Shown here: one piece after another, positions 51,473 to 61,572 of the stretch
How positions within the stretch are numbered: position 1 is the first letter of the stretch
Layout: every line of letters starts with the position of its first letter
From: Wickerhamiella versatilis
Taxonomy: Eukaryota
Assembly (NCBI GenBank): GCA_030867685.1
Contig: JAQOWU010000008.1
Location: 2,604,001 to 2,668,000 of the forward strand
Direction of reading: 5' to 3'
Length of the DNA: 64,000 nucleotides
Made by a program: the position numbers and the translations under genes
Notes under the pieces: generated by a model
Seen by the model: only the letters and a program-made list of their open reading frames with translations
The model's database searches: none
What the model was told of the DNA's origin: nothing

Positions 51473-51739
51473 TTAATTCGAGCCATAGGTGGCCTGTAGT
51501 TCCTTAACCAGAGCCACATATTTCTGCTCTGCTTCTTCTTGGGATAGACCCTTGTTATCCTCCCATGCCTGCCACTTCATCTTAGCCTCGAAGGCGAAGA
51601 CACCAGGCTTCTCTGAAGTATTGTCTCCAACGGTGGCTTGCTTGTAAAGGCCATAAAGCTTGAGCAATTCACCGGAGTTTGGCTTTGTGGGCAACTTTTG
51701 CACTGCTTCCGCAGCTTCAGTGAACTCTTGAGATGGCAT
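51473..51739 (-). CDS. ACB1: Acyl-CoA-binding protein
   Basis: LLKLYGLYKQATVGDN..KPG.F....K.KW.AW. Confidence 0.97.
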   Translation of the reverse strand: MPSQEFTEAAEAVQKLPTKPNSGELLKLYGLYKQATVGDNTSEKPGVFAFEAKMKWQAWEDNKGLSQEEAEQKYVALVKELQATYGSN

Positions 51740-51877
51740 GATGTGGTAGGAAAGTGCGTTGGGGGTAAATGTGGGTGGACCTAACCCTCGATTGTTTTTC
51801 GGGCAATCAGCCGACTGGGGAAAAATTAAGCATTGAGAATAAACATTATATACAGAATAATCGCTTTGAAAAAAAAA

Positions 51878-52972
51878 TCATTGGTTGGTTTCTTCCTTTT
51901 CAACTGGTACAGATTGCAGACGTTCACTGCTCGCAGCGGCACCATACTGCTCAAGCTCAACCTCATCCAAAATGTCATAAATAATATCTTCGGCAATATG
52001 CTCATCAAACCGTTTGAATAGAGGTTGTCCCGGGTGATCAGTTTTTCTAAAATTAGGACCAAAATTAAATCGTGCCTGGCCTCCTTCAAATACCGAGATA
52101 GTCGGGAAATAACCACATTCTCCATCATCGCATGGTGATATCTTGTGGCCAGGATCGAATTGCGACCAGGGTGGCAGGAAATTGCGTAAATTGGAGGCAA
52201 GTCTCCCCTGAAAATTCCCGTTTTTATATATATCGATGAAACTCCCGTCTATAACCTCTTCCTGAGTAGGGGGTATCAATTTTCCAGGAAGCAGTAATTC
52301 ACGCATGGCTTTAGGCTGCTTATAATCAATAACTTCGTAATAAATGCGATCCTTAAACTTTATAGGATATCTGTTGCGCACTGTAGGCTTAGAGCCCTGC
52401 GGAGGTATGAACAGATGAAATCCTATCACATCGCCAGAGCCAAATGGCTCCATGAATGGCTTAGGACGCCCACCATGCAATGCGCTTCCACGTAAATTCT
52501 GGACTCCATAACTGTAGACATCAGCACCAACAGGCCCTTCACAGCTCATTTCCCGTCGTGAGATACCCACCCGTACAGCTGCAGTATCCTCCTCCGAGTC
52601 CAGCGAGGCATGAACCACGTCCACCTCCCAGTACCAACTACCACTACTCATAAAAACATTAGCCCGTGCACTGACATAACCAGTTGTTGTGGTCACTGCA
52701 TCATCACTATCCCTAATAAGAGCCTTGGGACTACGATCCAATTCATTCAGGCCTGCACGGTACGGTGGGGGCTCACAGCGTTGGTATAATACGCATGGAA
52801 GCTGAGGATAGGCTTTGCATGGAATATAACGAAAGCCTTTCCGATAACGAGGATGGTCCTCCGTATGTTTAAATTCCGCCCTGGAATCAGCCTCTGCTCG
52901 TCTTAACTTGTCAGGAACAAGCTCGAGATCCGCCTCACCAGGGAATGGTGGTAGCACCGCCGAGTTTGTCAT
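51878..52972 (-). CDS. BRE2: COMPASS subunit Bre2/Ash2 (SPRY domain)
   Basis: RKGFRY.PC, SARAN, VRVGISRRE....PVG.D.YSYG, GDVIGF, GYFPTIS.F.GG..RFNFGP and a Sdc1-binding helix at the C-terminus. Confidence 0.88.
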   Translation of the reverse strand: MTNSAVLPPFPGEADLELVPDKLRRAEADSRAEFKHTEDHPRYRKGFRYIPCKAYPQLPCVLYQRCEPPPYRAGLNELDRSPKALIRDSDDAVTTTTGYVSARANVFMSSGSWYWEVDVVHASLDSEEDTAAVRVGISRREMSCEGPVGADVYSYGVQNLRGSALHGGRPKPFMEPFGSGDVIGFHLFIPPQGSKPTVRNRYPIKFKDRIYYEVIDYKQPKAMRELLLPGKLIPPTQEEVIDGSFIDIYKNGNFQGRLASNLRNFLPPWSQFDPGHKISPCDDGECGYFPTISVFEGGQARFNFGPNFRKTDHPGQPLFKRFDEHIAEDIIYDILDEVELEQYGAAASSERLQSVPVEKEETNQ

Positions 52973-52985
52973 CCGACGTGGGCGA

Positions 52986-55688
52986 ATGGGCGGATCCGGG
53001 GAAAGTGATGATGAACTAAATTTCCTTGAGTTTCAGTTGAGCAATGGTCTTGAAAATCAGTCGTCAGTTGTTTTGCGTCAATTTAGTAGAGACGAAGATG
53101 GCAAGGGAGATGTTGAAGCTGAGCCACGAACTACAGACGCGGAAGAGCCAAATGATACAATTCAAAGAACCATGTCGCCTACTAGCCCTGAAAATAAGGT
53201 CGACAGAGAACAAAAGCCTGTTTCCCACTACCATCAGAACTCTCTTGGAGACGTTGAGTCTGATGACGTCGACAAAAAGAGTGATGTTACTGGTGATGAT
53301 GAATGGGAACCGATGCCTACGGTCGGCTCACATGAGGTATACGATGATAAGAACAATCTTTTGCAGAGCTGTGTGTCTTTTGATAATTCCACAGGCGATC
53401 TGACTTCAAAGGGGTATACCCGTGTCACTAACAATGACGAAGTGGCATCGATTAACTCACTAGATGACAAGACTGATTTTCTCTTTGAAAATCAAGACCC
53501 TGATGATCTTGAGACGAAAACACAGATTCAGACAACGAAAACTATGTTGACACCGGCTCAACGTATTGCATATGTTGGTCTGTGTCGCGTTGTAATGAAC
53601 GAAATGGCTGAGGGTACAAGACGGTATGGCGCCTTTTCTGTAGCAATTGAAAGTATGCAAAAGTGGGGCTCCAGACTCTGCCTTAGACTCTATGATCACA
53701 TGGATTTAAATAATGACGAACAGCTCATGATTGAACAATTGCCGTCCCATGGGGTCGAAGCCGGAGATCTTTCACCTGCATTGATGATTGCGCAAACAGT
53801 CAACTCCCAGAATTTAATAGAACAGCAAAATCTCGATACAAATACTCTTGACGCATCAGACCTTCATGCTGAGAGCACCACGGTGCCTGATACTGTGGAT
53901 ATCGATGTACGCTGGACGGTTATGTGTGATTTATTCTTAATTCTCTTAAGTGAAGGTTTCTATGACTCCAGATCGCGTACCCTCCTAGAGTTAGTTGGAT
54001 CAAAATTCGGTATCAGCACTGCAGATGTCTCTCAGTTTGAAAGAAAAGCTACGGATGCCATGCAACTAGAAGAAGCAGCGATACAAGACTGGGCAGATAA
54101 AGACATTGTGGAGGCTAGAAGAATTGCCGCTCGTCGCCGTCGCTACGCTTATATTGGTTTAGCTACAATTGGTGGTGGGCTGGTCATAGGTCTGACAAGT
54201 GGTCTGTTGGCCCCCTTTTTAGGAACAGGCCTTGCTGCTGGTCTGGGTACGATAGGAATATCTGGAACTTCGAGTTTTTTGGCTGGAACAGGTGGTGCTG
54301 CTCTCATAACGACCACGGGCACGGCGATTGGTGCTGGAGTTGGAAGCCGTAGTATGGCCCGTCGGACAGGACATGTACGTACGTTTGAACTTCGTCCAAT
54401 TTTTAATATGAATCGTCTCAATATCATAATCACTGTATCTGGGTGGATGACTGGTAAGGATGATGATGTACGACTACCGTTTTCAACCATTGATCCACTA
54501 ATGGGTGATGTTTTATCAGTGCTCTGGGAGCCTGAAATGATGCGCTCACTGGGTCAGACAATTAACATTCTTGCAACAGAAGCGCTTGGCACAGGTGTTC
54601 AGCAAATTCTGGGTGCCACTATACTTAGCTCTTTGATGGCCTCATTAACGCTACCTTTATGGTTATCAAAGTTAAGTTACCTTGTAGACAATCCATGGAG
54701 CGTCAGTCTGGATAGGGCATGGTCTGCAGGTAAAATAATGGCTGATGTGATTCGCCAGAAGAATCTGGGAGGAAGACCTGTTACTCTGGTCGGGTTTAGT
54801 TTGGGTGCTAGAGTAATATACTCATGTTTGCATGAACTCGCCAGAAAACAAGCTTTTGGCCTAGTCCAGGACGTATTTATCTTTGGTGCTCCAGTTTTTT
54901 ACTCCAAGAAAAGATTTGCTAATATACGCTCGGTAGTATCTGGCCGATTCGTGAACGGATATTCAAACAGGGATTGGATTTTAGCTTTCCTATTTCCAGC
55001 TAATCGCAGTTATGGTGTTATCTTAGGGCTCAATCCAGTTCCTGATGAGGAATTCAATGTGGAAAATATTGATGTTACTGATGAGGTTGATGGACATATG
55101 AGTTACCGTAATAAGATGCCCAAACTACTTCGTAAATGTGGGTGGAGCGTGATGAGCGATGAATTCACAGAAATAGAGGACCCAGATCCAGATAAGTTGA
55201 GGGAAAAGCAACGCAGGTTGCTTTCAGAATTAAGGGAGGCAGATACGAGCAAGAGAAGAGGTATTTTCGGAGGCTGGACCCCTTCATGGCTTAAAACGGC
55301 TTCAAAGAAACGCAATAGCGAGGCAAATATAGACGAGCCGCAGCAGTCACCCGAGGAAGACAATAATGAAGAATATCTGTTTGACATTGAAGCCATTCGA
55401 TCGGAGTTTCAAACTATAAAGAATCAAAAGCCAGAAATGTTTTTTGATGCTGATGAAACTGTGAAGGAAATTGGTCCCCCACCTTCCTACAGCGCTTCGC
55501 AGGAATTGCCACCAGAGCTGGCAGGTGACTTAGAGCCCCCTAGCATGCCCGTGACAAGAGAGCAGGAGCCTAGTTCACATGAGCCTATTCTCGATGCACC
55601 TGAGGTTAAGAGAGCCAGTCATAGCCAAAAACAAGTGACTTTGCCGAAGGCTAGTTCCGTGACAATGAGCTTCGACGATTATGACTGA
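52986..55688 (+). CDS. MIL1: Mil1/TMCO4 (DUF726) lipase-like protein
   Basis: QRIAYVGL, DVRWTVMCDLFL, YDSRSR, VDNPW.VSLDRA, RPVTLVGFSLGARVI, GHMSYR. Confidence 0.92.
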   Translation: MGGSGESDDELNFLEFQLSNGLENQSSVVLRQFSRDEDGKGDVEAEPRTTDAEEPNDTIQRTMSPTSPENKVDREQKPVSHYHQNSLGDVESDDVDKKSDVTGDDEWEPMPTVGSHEVYDDKNNLLQSCVSFDNSTGDLTSKGYTRVTNNDEVASINSLDDKTDFLFENQDPDDLETKTQIQTTKTMLTPAQRIAYVGLCRVVMNEMAEGTRRYGAFSVAIESMQKWGSRLCLRLYDHMDLNNDEQLMIEQLPSHGVEAGDLSPALMIAQTVNSQNLIEQQNLDTNTLDASDLHAESTTVPDTVDIDVRWTVMCDLFLILLSEGFYDSRSRTLLELVGSKFGISTADVSQFERKATDAMQLEEAAIQDWADKDIVEARRIAARRRRYAYIGLATIGGGLVIGLTSGLLAPFLGTGLAAGLGTIGISGTSSFLAGTGGAALITTTGTAIGAGVGSRSMARRTGHVRTFELRPIFNMNRLNIIITVSGWMTGKDDDVRLPFSTIDPLMGDVLSVLWEPEMMRSLGQTINILATEALGTGVQQILGATILSSLMASLTLPLWLSKLSYLVDNPWSVSLDRAWSAGKIMADVIRQKNLGGRPVTLVGFSLGARVIYSCLHELARKQAFGLVQDVFIFGAPVFYSKKRFANIRSVVSGRFVNGYSNRDWILAFLFPANRSYGVILGLNPVPDEEFNVENIDVTDEVDGHMSYRNKMPKLLRKCGWSVMSDEFTEIEDPDPDKLREKQRRLLSELREADTSKRRGIFGGWTPSWLKTASKKRNSEANIDEPQQSPEEDNNEEYLFDIEAIRSEFQTIKNQKPEMFFDADETVKEIGPPPSYSASQELPPELAGDLEPPSMPVTREQEPSSHEPILDAPEVKRASHSQKQVTLPKASSVTMSFDDYD

Positions 55689-55796
55689 AACAATCGCAAT
55701 TTATTTAAAACACTATTTTTTTTTCATCGATAAGAAAATCTACATAGGTGATAAATGATAAAATAACAATATGACTAAATAAGTAATCAATCTTCT

Positions 55797-56780
55797 ATGG
55801 GATTGGGTCTCGGTGATTTGCCTGCCCGGACGCGCCCCATTCTGGCTGCCCTACCGCAAGGACTACGGACACTGAAGTGGCGTAGCCCACCTCGTAACAT
55901 ATTTATTGCCAAAAAAGATTTAGATAGTGGTGTTCTTGACAAGACAAGATCGTTTGCTCAGCATCTGCATAAGAATTATGATGTCAATATACTTGCCGAG
56001 GAACATGTGAGTCGCGAATTAGGTATGAGAGAAGTGAGAGGTGTAGAGCCGTCAGTTTTACGCGAGTATTCGGATTTGATAGTGACCATTGGGGGAGATG
56101 GTACCATCCTGCGTGCGGCTGCTCTGTTTAAACAAGTGAAAAATGAAATACCACCCGTTCTCAATATTTCCATGGGTACATTGGGTTTTTTGCTCCCCTT
56201 TAATTTCTCTGATGCCCCTGAGGCTTTTTCAAAGGTCTATAATAGCCAGAGTATAGTGATGGAGCGATCACGACTTGCTATCCGGCTCCCAAAAGGTGGC
56301 ACAGAGGTCCATGCGATAAATGACCTTACAATCCATCGTGGTTCTTCACCGCACCTTGCTCAGTTAGATATTGCGGTTAATGGTCAACATGTCACAACGG
56401 CTATTGCAGATGGCGTCACAGTTTCCACTCCTACAGGATCAACGGCATACTCTTTAAGCAGTGGTGGGTCAATTGTGCATCCAGGCGTGCGCTGTGTATT
56501 ACTGACTCCCATATGTCCTCGCTCACTTTCGTTCAGGCCTCTGATTTTTCCTGAGACATCCGAGATTTCGATATCAGTTAATGCACAAGCCCGTGACTCT
56601 TCCCGGATATCTATTGACGGAAGCGAAGGCCCATACTTGGGCCGAGGAGATAATATTGTGGTGAGTGCTCATTCTAATGAAGGACTATGGTGTGTAGCAC
56701 GGGAATCCGAGACACGTGACTGGGTTTGCCATCTCAATGACCTCTTAGGATTCAACTCAAAATTTGGGGTTTCCCACTGA
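55797..56780 (+). CDS. POS5: NADH kinase, Pos5-type
   Basis: L.W..P..NIFIAKK, TIGGDGTIL, MGTLGFLLPF, HAIND, ADG...STPTGSTAYSLSSGGSIVHP, PICPRSLSFRPL, LLGFNSKF. Confidence 0.9.
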   Translation: MGLGLGDLPARTRPILAALPQGLRTLKWRSPPRNIFIAKKDLDSGVLDKTRSFAQHLHKNYDVNILAEEHVSRELGMREVRGVEPSVLREYSDLIVTIGGDGTILRAAALFKQVKNEIPPVLNISMGTLGFLLPFNFSDAPEAFSKVYNSQSIVMERSRLAIRLPKGGTEVHAINDLTIHRGSSPHLAQLDIAVNGQHVTTAIADGVTVSTPTGSTAYSLSSGGSIVHPGVRCVLLTPICPRSLSFRPLIFPETSEISISVNAQARDSSRISIDGSEGPYLGRGDNIVVSAHSNEGLWCVARESETRDWVCHLNDLLGFNSKFGVSH

Positions 56781-56816
56781 CGATATTAATTTAGATTACG
56801 TTACGTATTGTATTTT

Positions 56817-58127
56817 TTATTCTAAGTTCATTGGCTCTTCGTATTCATTTGATGCTACTATACGCGCATCACGCTCAGCCTGGGTCCCGCCCGAGGCTTC
56901 TTTCGCCTGGTTAGAATCATCTTCAGGGACTGATTCATCTTGAAACGTACTTCTAGGCACCTGCTGCATCTGAACTGAGGGTGCTGCTTTCGTAGGTGCT
57001 AAATTACGAAGCACCTGTGTAACTACTTGATTGAGATACTCTGGTGTATTTGCATTGAGCATATTTGAGGCAGGGACTTCAAGCTTGTAATTCGGGCCAT
57101 AATAATCATAGTAATCATTATACGGTATCTCAACTGGGAGCTGCTGTCCAGCACAGATAGCCGTCTCATAAGCCCATGTACGAGCAACATTTCGCATGGT
57201 ATACCCCCCTCCTCCTAAAACTAGGGTAGGTAGGTTGAAGCGCTTAACAAATTCAATACACTTTGCGTGTCCCATCATAGAAAGGTTGAAGGAGCCAAGC
57301 CGGTCACCACTGAGAGAGTCGGCCCCACTCTGTAGGACAATGGCACCAGGCTGGTACCACTCAATAATTTTGGAAACAATAGGCTGAAACACTTGTTGAT
57401 AGGAATCATCATCAATTCCATCCTTAAGAGGAACATTTACAGCATAGTGCTCACCCTTATCCACCCCTATATCTCGAATATCACCTGTTCCTGGAAAATA
57501 TTGCCCAAACTTATGGAAGCTGCAAGTAAGCACGCGATCAGTCGAATAGAATGCTTCCTCCACTCCATCTCCATGGTGAATATCCAAATCAATGTACAAA
57601 ACCCTCTGGTGAAATCGCAAAAGCTCAATAATGCCAAGGCATACGTCATTCACATAGCAAAATCCCGAAGCCTCTTTTCGCTTGGCACTGTGCATCCCAC
57701 CAGCCCAATTAATAGCTATATCACACTTTCCTCGATTTAAACGAGCTGCTCCTTCCATAGAGCCACCTCCACTTATTCCGCAGTATTCGAAAAGACCATC
57801 AAATACGGGACAATCATCACCAACATGAAACTTCCCCAGAGCATCAGTATATTGGTCCACATTATCAGGGGTCACACGACTCAAGAAGTCTACGTATTCG
57901 TCTGTGTGAAACTGGCTCATTTCTTGCTTTGTTGCCGGTTTCGCTCTATAGATCTCCATGTGCTTGTGTAGGCCATAGTTCATAATGAGGGCATGAGCCA
58001 TCCGAACTCTATGTGGTTTCATTGGGTGGCCTGCCCCATAAGAATAATTTCCGATGTCCGCGTCATAGAAATACGCGACGCGCTTTTTATCCGCCGGCCG
58101 GAGATTAAGGTTGTCGTCCCCTGCCAT
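56817..58127 (-). CDS. RPD3: Class I histone deacetylase Rpd3, with a His-to-Ser change in the HH motif
   Basis: [55 protein letters not shown]. Syntenic with PEX6, MDJ2 and PFA3. Confidence 0.93.
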   Translation of the reverse strand: MAGDDNLNLRPADKKRVAYFYDADIGNYSYGAGHPMKPHRVRMAHALIMNYGLHKHMEIYRAKPATKQEMSQFHTDEYVDFLSRVTPDNVDQYTDALGKFHVGDDCPVFDGLFEYCGISGGGSMEGAARLNRGKCDIAINWAGGMHSAKRKEASGFCYVNDVCLGIIELLRFHQRVLYIDLDIHHGDGVEEAFYSTDRVLTCSFHKFGQYFPGTGDIRDIGVDKGEHYAVNVPLKDGIDDDSYQQVFQPIVSKIIEWYQPGAIVLQSGADSLSGDRLGSFNLSMMGHAKCIEFVKRFNLPTLVLGGGGYTMRNVARTWAYETAICAGQQLPVEIPYNDYYDYYGPNYKLEVPASNMLNANTPEYLNQVVTQVLRNLAPTKAAPSVQMQQVPRSTFQDESVPEDDSNQAKEASGGTQAERDARIVASNEYEEPMNLE

Positions 58128-58156
58128 GTGGTGGCTGATGTAATCTGACTTTGAGG

Positions 58157-59191
58157 ATGCCTCGGTCAAAAGACTCTATTCAAAAGCAGCCTGATGTAAA
58201 TTTGAAGGTCGAGAAAGAGCAGAGTCACTGGTTTGAGCTTGCCATATGTATTTCAGGCATTTATGTGAGCTTTTTGACTTGGGCAATATTACAAGAGCGT
58301 GTATCCACGACACCATATGGTGAGGATGCTCGAGTTTTTCGCGCGTCGCATTGTATTATGGCTATACAAAGTACCTTAGCATGCATTACTGGTCTTTTAT
58401 TCCTGACCTGGAAACGGAAAAGTGGTAACTCACGAGCGCAATACCCCTTAATACCAAATTGGGCTGTGGCCCGGGGTTATATCATAGTAGCTGGGGCTCA
58501 AGCGTTATCAAACCCATTCCAGTATGGAAGCCTACGCTATGTAGATTACCTGACCCTCCTACTTGCCAAGTCTTGCAAATTAGTTCCTGTTATGCTTGTG
58601 CATGTCGTTCTATATCGCAAGCGCTTTCCTAGCTACAAGTATGTCGTGGTTGCTCTTATCACCGCCGGAGTTTCGCTCTTCAGTATATACCATCCGTCTG
58701 AAAAGTCTAAGTCCTCGGGCGCGGACGAGCACTGGTGGTGGGGTCTTGGTTTATTGGGTATTAATTTAGTGCTTGATGGCATTTACAATACTACACAGGA
58801 TGAGCTATTCTCCAAACATAAAGTAATCAGCGGTCCACATATGATGGTGGTTCTGAACGCACTTACTATGACTATTAGTCTCATTGCTCTCGTTTCTACG
58901 TCTGCGCAGTATAATGAGGTTTTATGGTTCGCAAAACACCACCCCATTTTATATAGAGATATTTTACTCTTTGGATTGTGTGGAGCATTGGGACAAATAT
59001 TTATATTCATCACACTGGAGTACTTTGGATCACTTGTGCTGGTTACAACCACCGTAACTCGAAAAATGGCCAGCATGTTGCTCAGTGTCGCTATCTTCGG
59101 CCATCACCTATCATCTATGCAGTGGGTAGGTGTAAGCCTTGTGTTTGGTGGAATTGCTGGTGAGGCCATTTGGAAGCGTCTTAGGTCCTAG
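58157..59191 (+). CDS. HUT1: UDP-galactose transporter homolog (Hut1/SLC35B1)
   Basis: [51 protein letters not shown]. Confidence 0.95.
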   Translation: MPRSKDSIQKQPDVNLKVEKEQSHWFELAICISGIYVSFLTWAILQERVSTTPYGEDARVFRASHCIMAIQSTLACITGLLFLTWKRKSGNSRAQYPLIPNWAVARGYIIVAGAQALSNPFQYGSLRYVDYLTLLLAKSCKLVPVMLVHVVLYRKRFPSYKYVVVALITAGVSLFSIYHPSEKSKSSGADEHWWWGLGLLGINLVLDGIYNTTQDELFSKHKVISGPHMMVVLNALTMTISLIALVSTSAQYNEVLWFAKHHPILYRDILLFGLCGALGQIFIFITLEYFGSLVLVTTTVTRKMASMLLSVAIFGHHLSSMQWVGVSLVFGGIAGEAIWKRLRS

Positions 59192-59290
59192 ATCCGCTTT
59201 CTATGGTAGCACTGTAAGTTGACTTGTGCGTCCGAAGTCATTCTCTATCTATGTGGGACCGCTTAGTAATTATCATTTCGAGAGCGCACA

Positions 59291-59467
59291 ATGGATGATC
59301 TCAATTGGCTTGCAAGGGAGCTGGCACTTTTGAAGCTTGAAGTGGAAAAAGTTGAGGATCCAGCGCAGCTTGTGGGTCAAGTTGGTCACCTTCAAACCCG
59401 AATTGCCGTTGCCAGATTGTACACAGAATTCCTTCGGGCAAATCAAATCGCACGCCATAGAGCATAG
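59291..59467 (+). CDS. Small 58-aa helical protein absent from the ORF track
   Basis: cacaATGg start context; MDDLNWLARELALLKLEVEKVEDPAQLVGQVGHLQTRIAVARLYTEFLRANQIARHRA*; fills the HUT1-FRS1 gap. Confidence 0.55.
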   Translation: MDDLNWLARELALLKLEVEKVEDPAQLVGQVGHLQTRIAVARLYTEFLRANQIARHRA

Positions 59468-59489
59468 TTACTTTATATAACTAGGATCA

Positions 59490-61229
59490 TTACAAAAATA
59501 CTCGAGCATCCAACTCAAATGCTGAGCAAACGAAAGGAATTTCAAAGTTTGACAGCACCTCGGGGTGCAAGACGCCAAGATAACCTATCCTTTGAGTTTT
59601 ACCATCGCGTCGCAAAAATATATGTGCACCACGCCCTGGGAAAAACTGTGGAATCTCACTCTCCTTTGCCTCTTCAAGCCAATACCCACGTTCTCCGCCT
59701 CGTTCATGCTTAAAGCGCATCATAGCCATCAAACGATCCAGCAAGCCATGTACAATTTCGAATCCTGACGTCTTACCTGCAAATACTGCCGCAAAATGAC
59801 GTTCGTTATGTGTCATACGCTCCTGAGTAACGTCCTTAACCACTATGTCACCACATTCGAATACCTTCATCGGTAGGCTGTGTTCCCGATTTTCTCTTAT
59901 CGTCTTGAGTATACCAGGGATAAGTGTAGTACGCACAACCTGGTACTCGTGAGTCTTAGGGTTTGCAAGCTCAACCGCGAGTCCGTCGTCGCTGCGGCGT
60001 AACCAATTATAATTTTCATCGAACGAACTCAACGTTAGAGGCATGACTTCGGCCCAGCCTGCTTGTGCAGCTTCCTCACGCGCAATATCCGCAACTTGAT
60101 TTATTAGGAGTGGTTGACCAATTGTGGAACTTCCAGGGAAGGTACGCTTAAGATTGTTAAATCCATAGGCAACGCCAGCATCTTCCATAATATCACATTG
60201 ATGCAAAATATCAGGCCGAGTAACTGGTATGCCAACTTCTAACACTTTATCCGAGATTGGTTCAGCTTCGAGTGTCATCTTGGTCAATAGTTCACAATAT
60301 TCCTTAGCCGTCTTGCCAAGTCCCAAAACAGAATTCAGGTAGTCTACCTCTGCTGGCATATGCCGGAGATCCAAATTAGGGAGATATTTCGAACGCCCGT
60401 CTGCATATTTAACCCGCACAGCCTCAACTGTGTAAGGTTCCTCTGCATACTCCGAGAACATGGTGACCATTTGATTGAGAACAATGTCTAGCTTTGTCTC
60501 GTCAGTTCCAGTAAGATCAAAGAATATGTCTGTGGTATCCAATGTGATCTTTGTGAAGTCTGAGTTGATCAAAGGAGGCAAAGAGAGCACTGTATCCTTG
60601 GAGTCTACGAACACTGGTAGTACCGGTGACGATTCGATGAGCGGTACAAACTTCGAAAGATTGCGGTCACTTTTGTAAAATTCTAGAACCTCTGAGCCCG
60701 TCATTTCCTTCGACTGGTTTAAGGGGGCAAACTTGACATCCTCCGGCTTGAGTCCTCGGTAGCGTAAATTTCCTGTCACTTTAGACAAGTCATGTGTACC
60801 TATTGCGACCAGTGACCTGTTTCGGCAAATATTCGAATGCAGTTTGTCCTGCAACGAAATGAAGCTCTCGTACCTGCGAGGTGTGAACTTGACACCACGA
60901 ATAACTGCCGCTGCTGCGTAGGGTCTTATTTGGCTTACTTCTGGCTCGATAGTAAGTTCAAGAGGCTTCTCGGGCACCTTTACCTTGTACTTTGGTGGCT
61001 TGATACGGCCCAAGAATACTGCCAAGCTACGGGCAAGCCCCTCTGCACACAGCATATCATACCGGTTGGCAGGTATTTCAATCTTAACCGTGGGTCGCTC
61101 GTGGCCGTCATCGACCCACTCATCCAACTCGATGCCATACTCAAAACATAGCTCGTCTAGCTCCTGTTCACTGTATTCCTTGCCAAGCGCATCGAAAAGA
61201 TCCGCGCGATCTAGCGAAATCGTAGGCAT
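59490..61229 (-). CDS. FRS1: Cytosolic phenylalanyl-tRNA synthetase beta subunit
   Basis: MPTI, LCFEYGIELD, IPANRYDMLC.EG, LQDKLH.NICRNR.LVAIGTHD, RPDILH.CDI.ED, G.LHPEVL.NF. Confidence 0.97.
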   Translation of the reverse strand: MPTISLDRADLFDALGKEYSEQELDELCFEYGIELDEWVDDGHERPTVKIEIPANRYDMLCAEGLARSLAVFLGRIKPPKYKVKVPEKPLELTIEPEVSQIRPYAAAAVIRGVKFTPRRYESFISLQDKLHSNICRNRSLVAIGTHDLSKVTGNLRYRGLKPEDVKFAPLNQSKEMTGSEVLEFYKSDRNLSKFVPLIESSPVLPVFVDSKDTVLSLPPLINSDFTKITLDTTDIFFDLTGTDETKLDIVLNQMVTMFSEYAEEPYTVEAVRVKYADGRSKYLPNLDLRHMPAEVDYLNSVLGLGKTAKEYCELLTKMTLEAEPISDKVLEVGIPVTRPDILHQCDIMEDAGVAYGFNNLKRTFPGSSTIGQPLLINQVADIAREEAAQAGWAEVMPLTLSSFDENYNWLRRSDDGLAVELANPKTHEYQVVRTTLIPGILKTIRENREHSLPMKVFECGDIVVKDVTQERMTHNERHFAAVFAGKTSGFEIVHGLLDRLMAMMRFKHERGGERGYWLEEAKESEIPQFFPGRGAHIFLRRDGKTQRIGYLGVLHPEVLSNFEIPFVCSAFELDARVFL

Positions 61230-61572
61230 GATGACAAACTGAAAGTTGAGTCGGGGTCCGTGGATACCGCTAAACCGCACATGTTAGTTACTAGTGAACA
61301 CTTTAATTACATCTTAACTGACATGAATATGATGTTTGTTGGATTTCGGAATACCATCAGCTAGTATGGGATGACTTATCTAAAATTGTCTATCATTGAC
61401 CCATTAGCCGTCTGTATGAAGATATTTTAGCTGCTATTTTACCGATATTCCAAGCTTTTTTCATTCATTGTAGTTAAATTACATAGTCCAACCAGTCTCA
61501 GGTATTCACTCCCTTCCACCATCCCGTCACATATAATAAGTAATCGCTGACTTTTCGGTCATCTTCAAGCCA

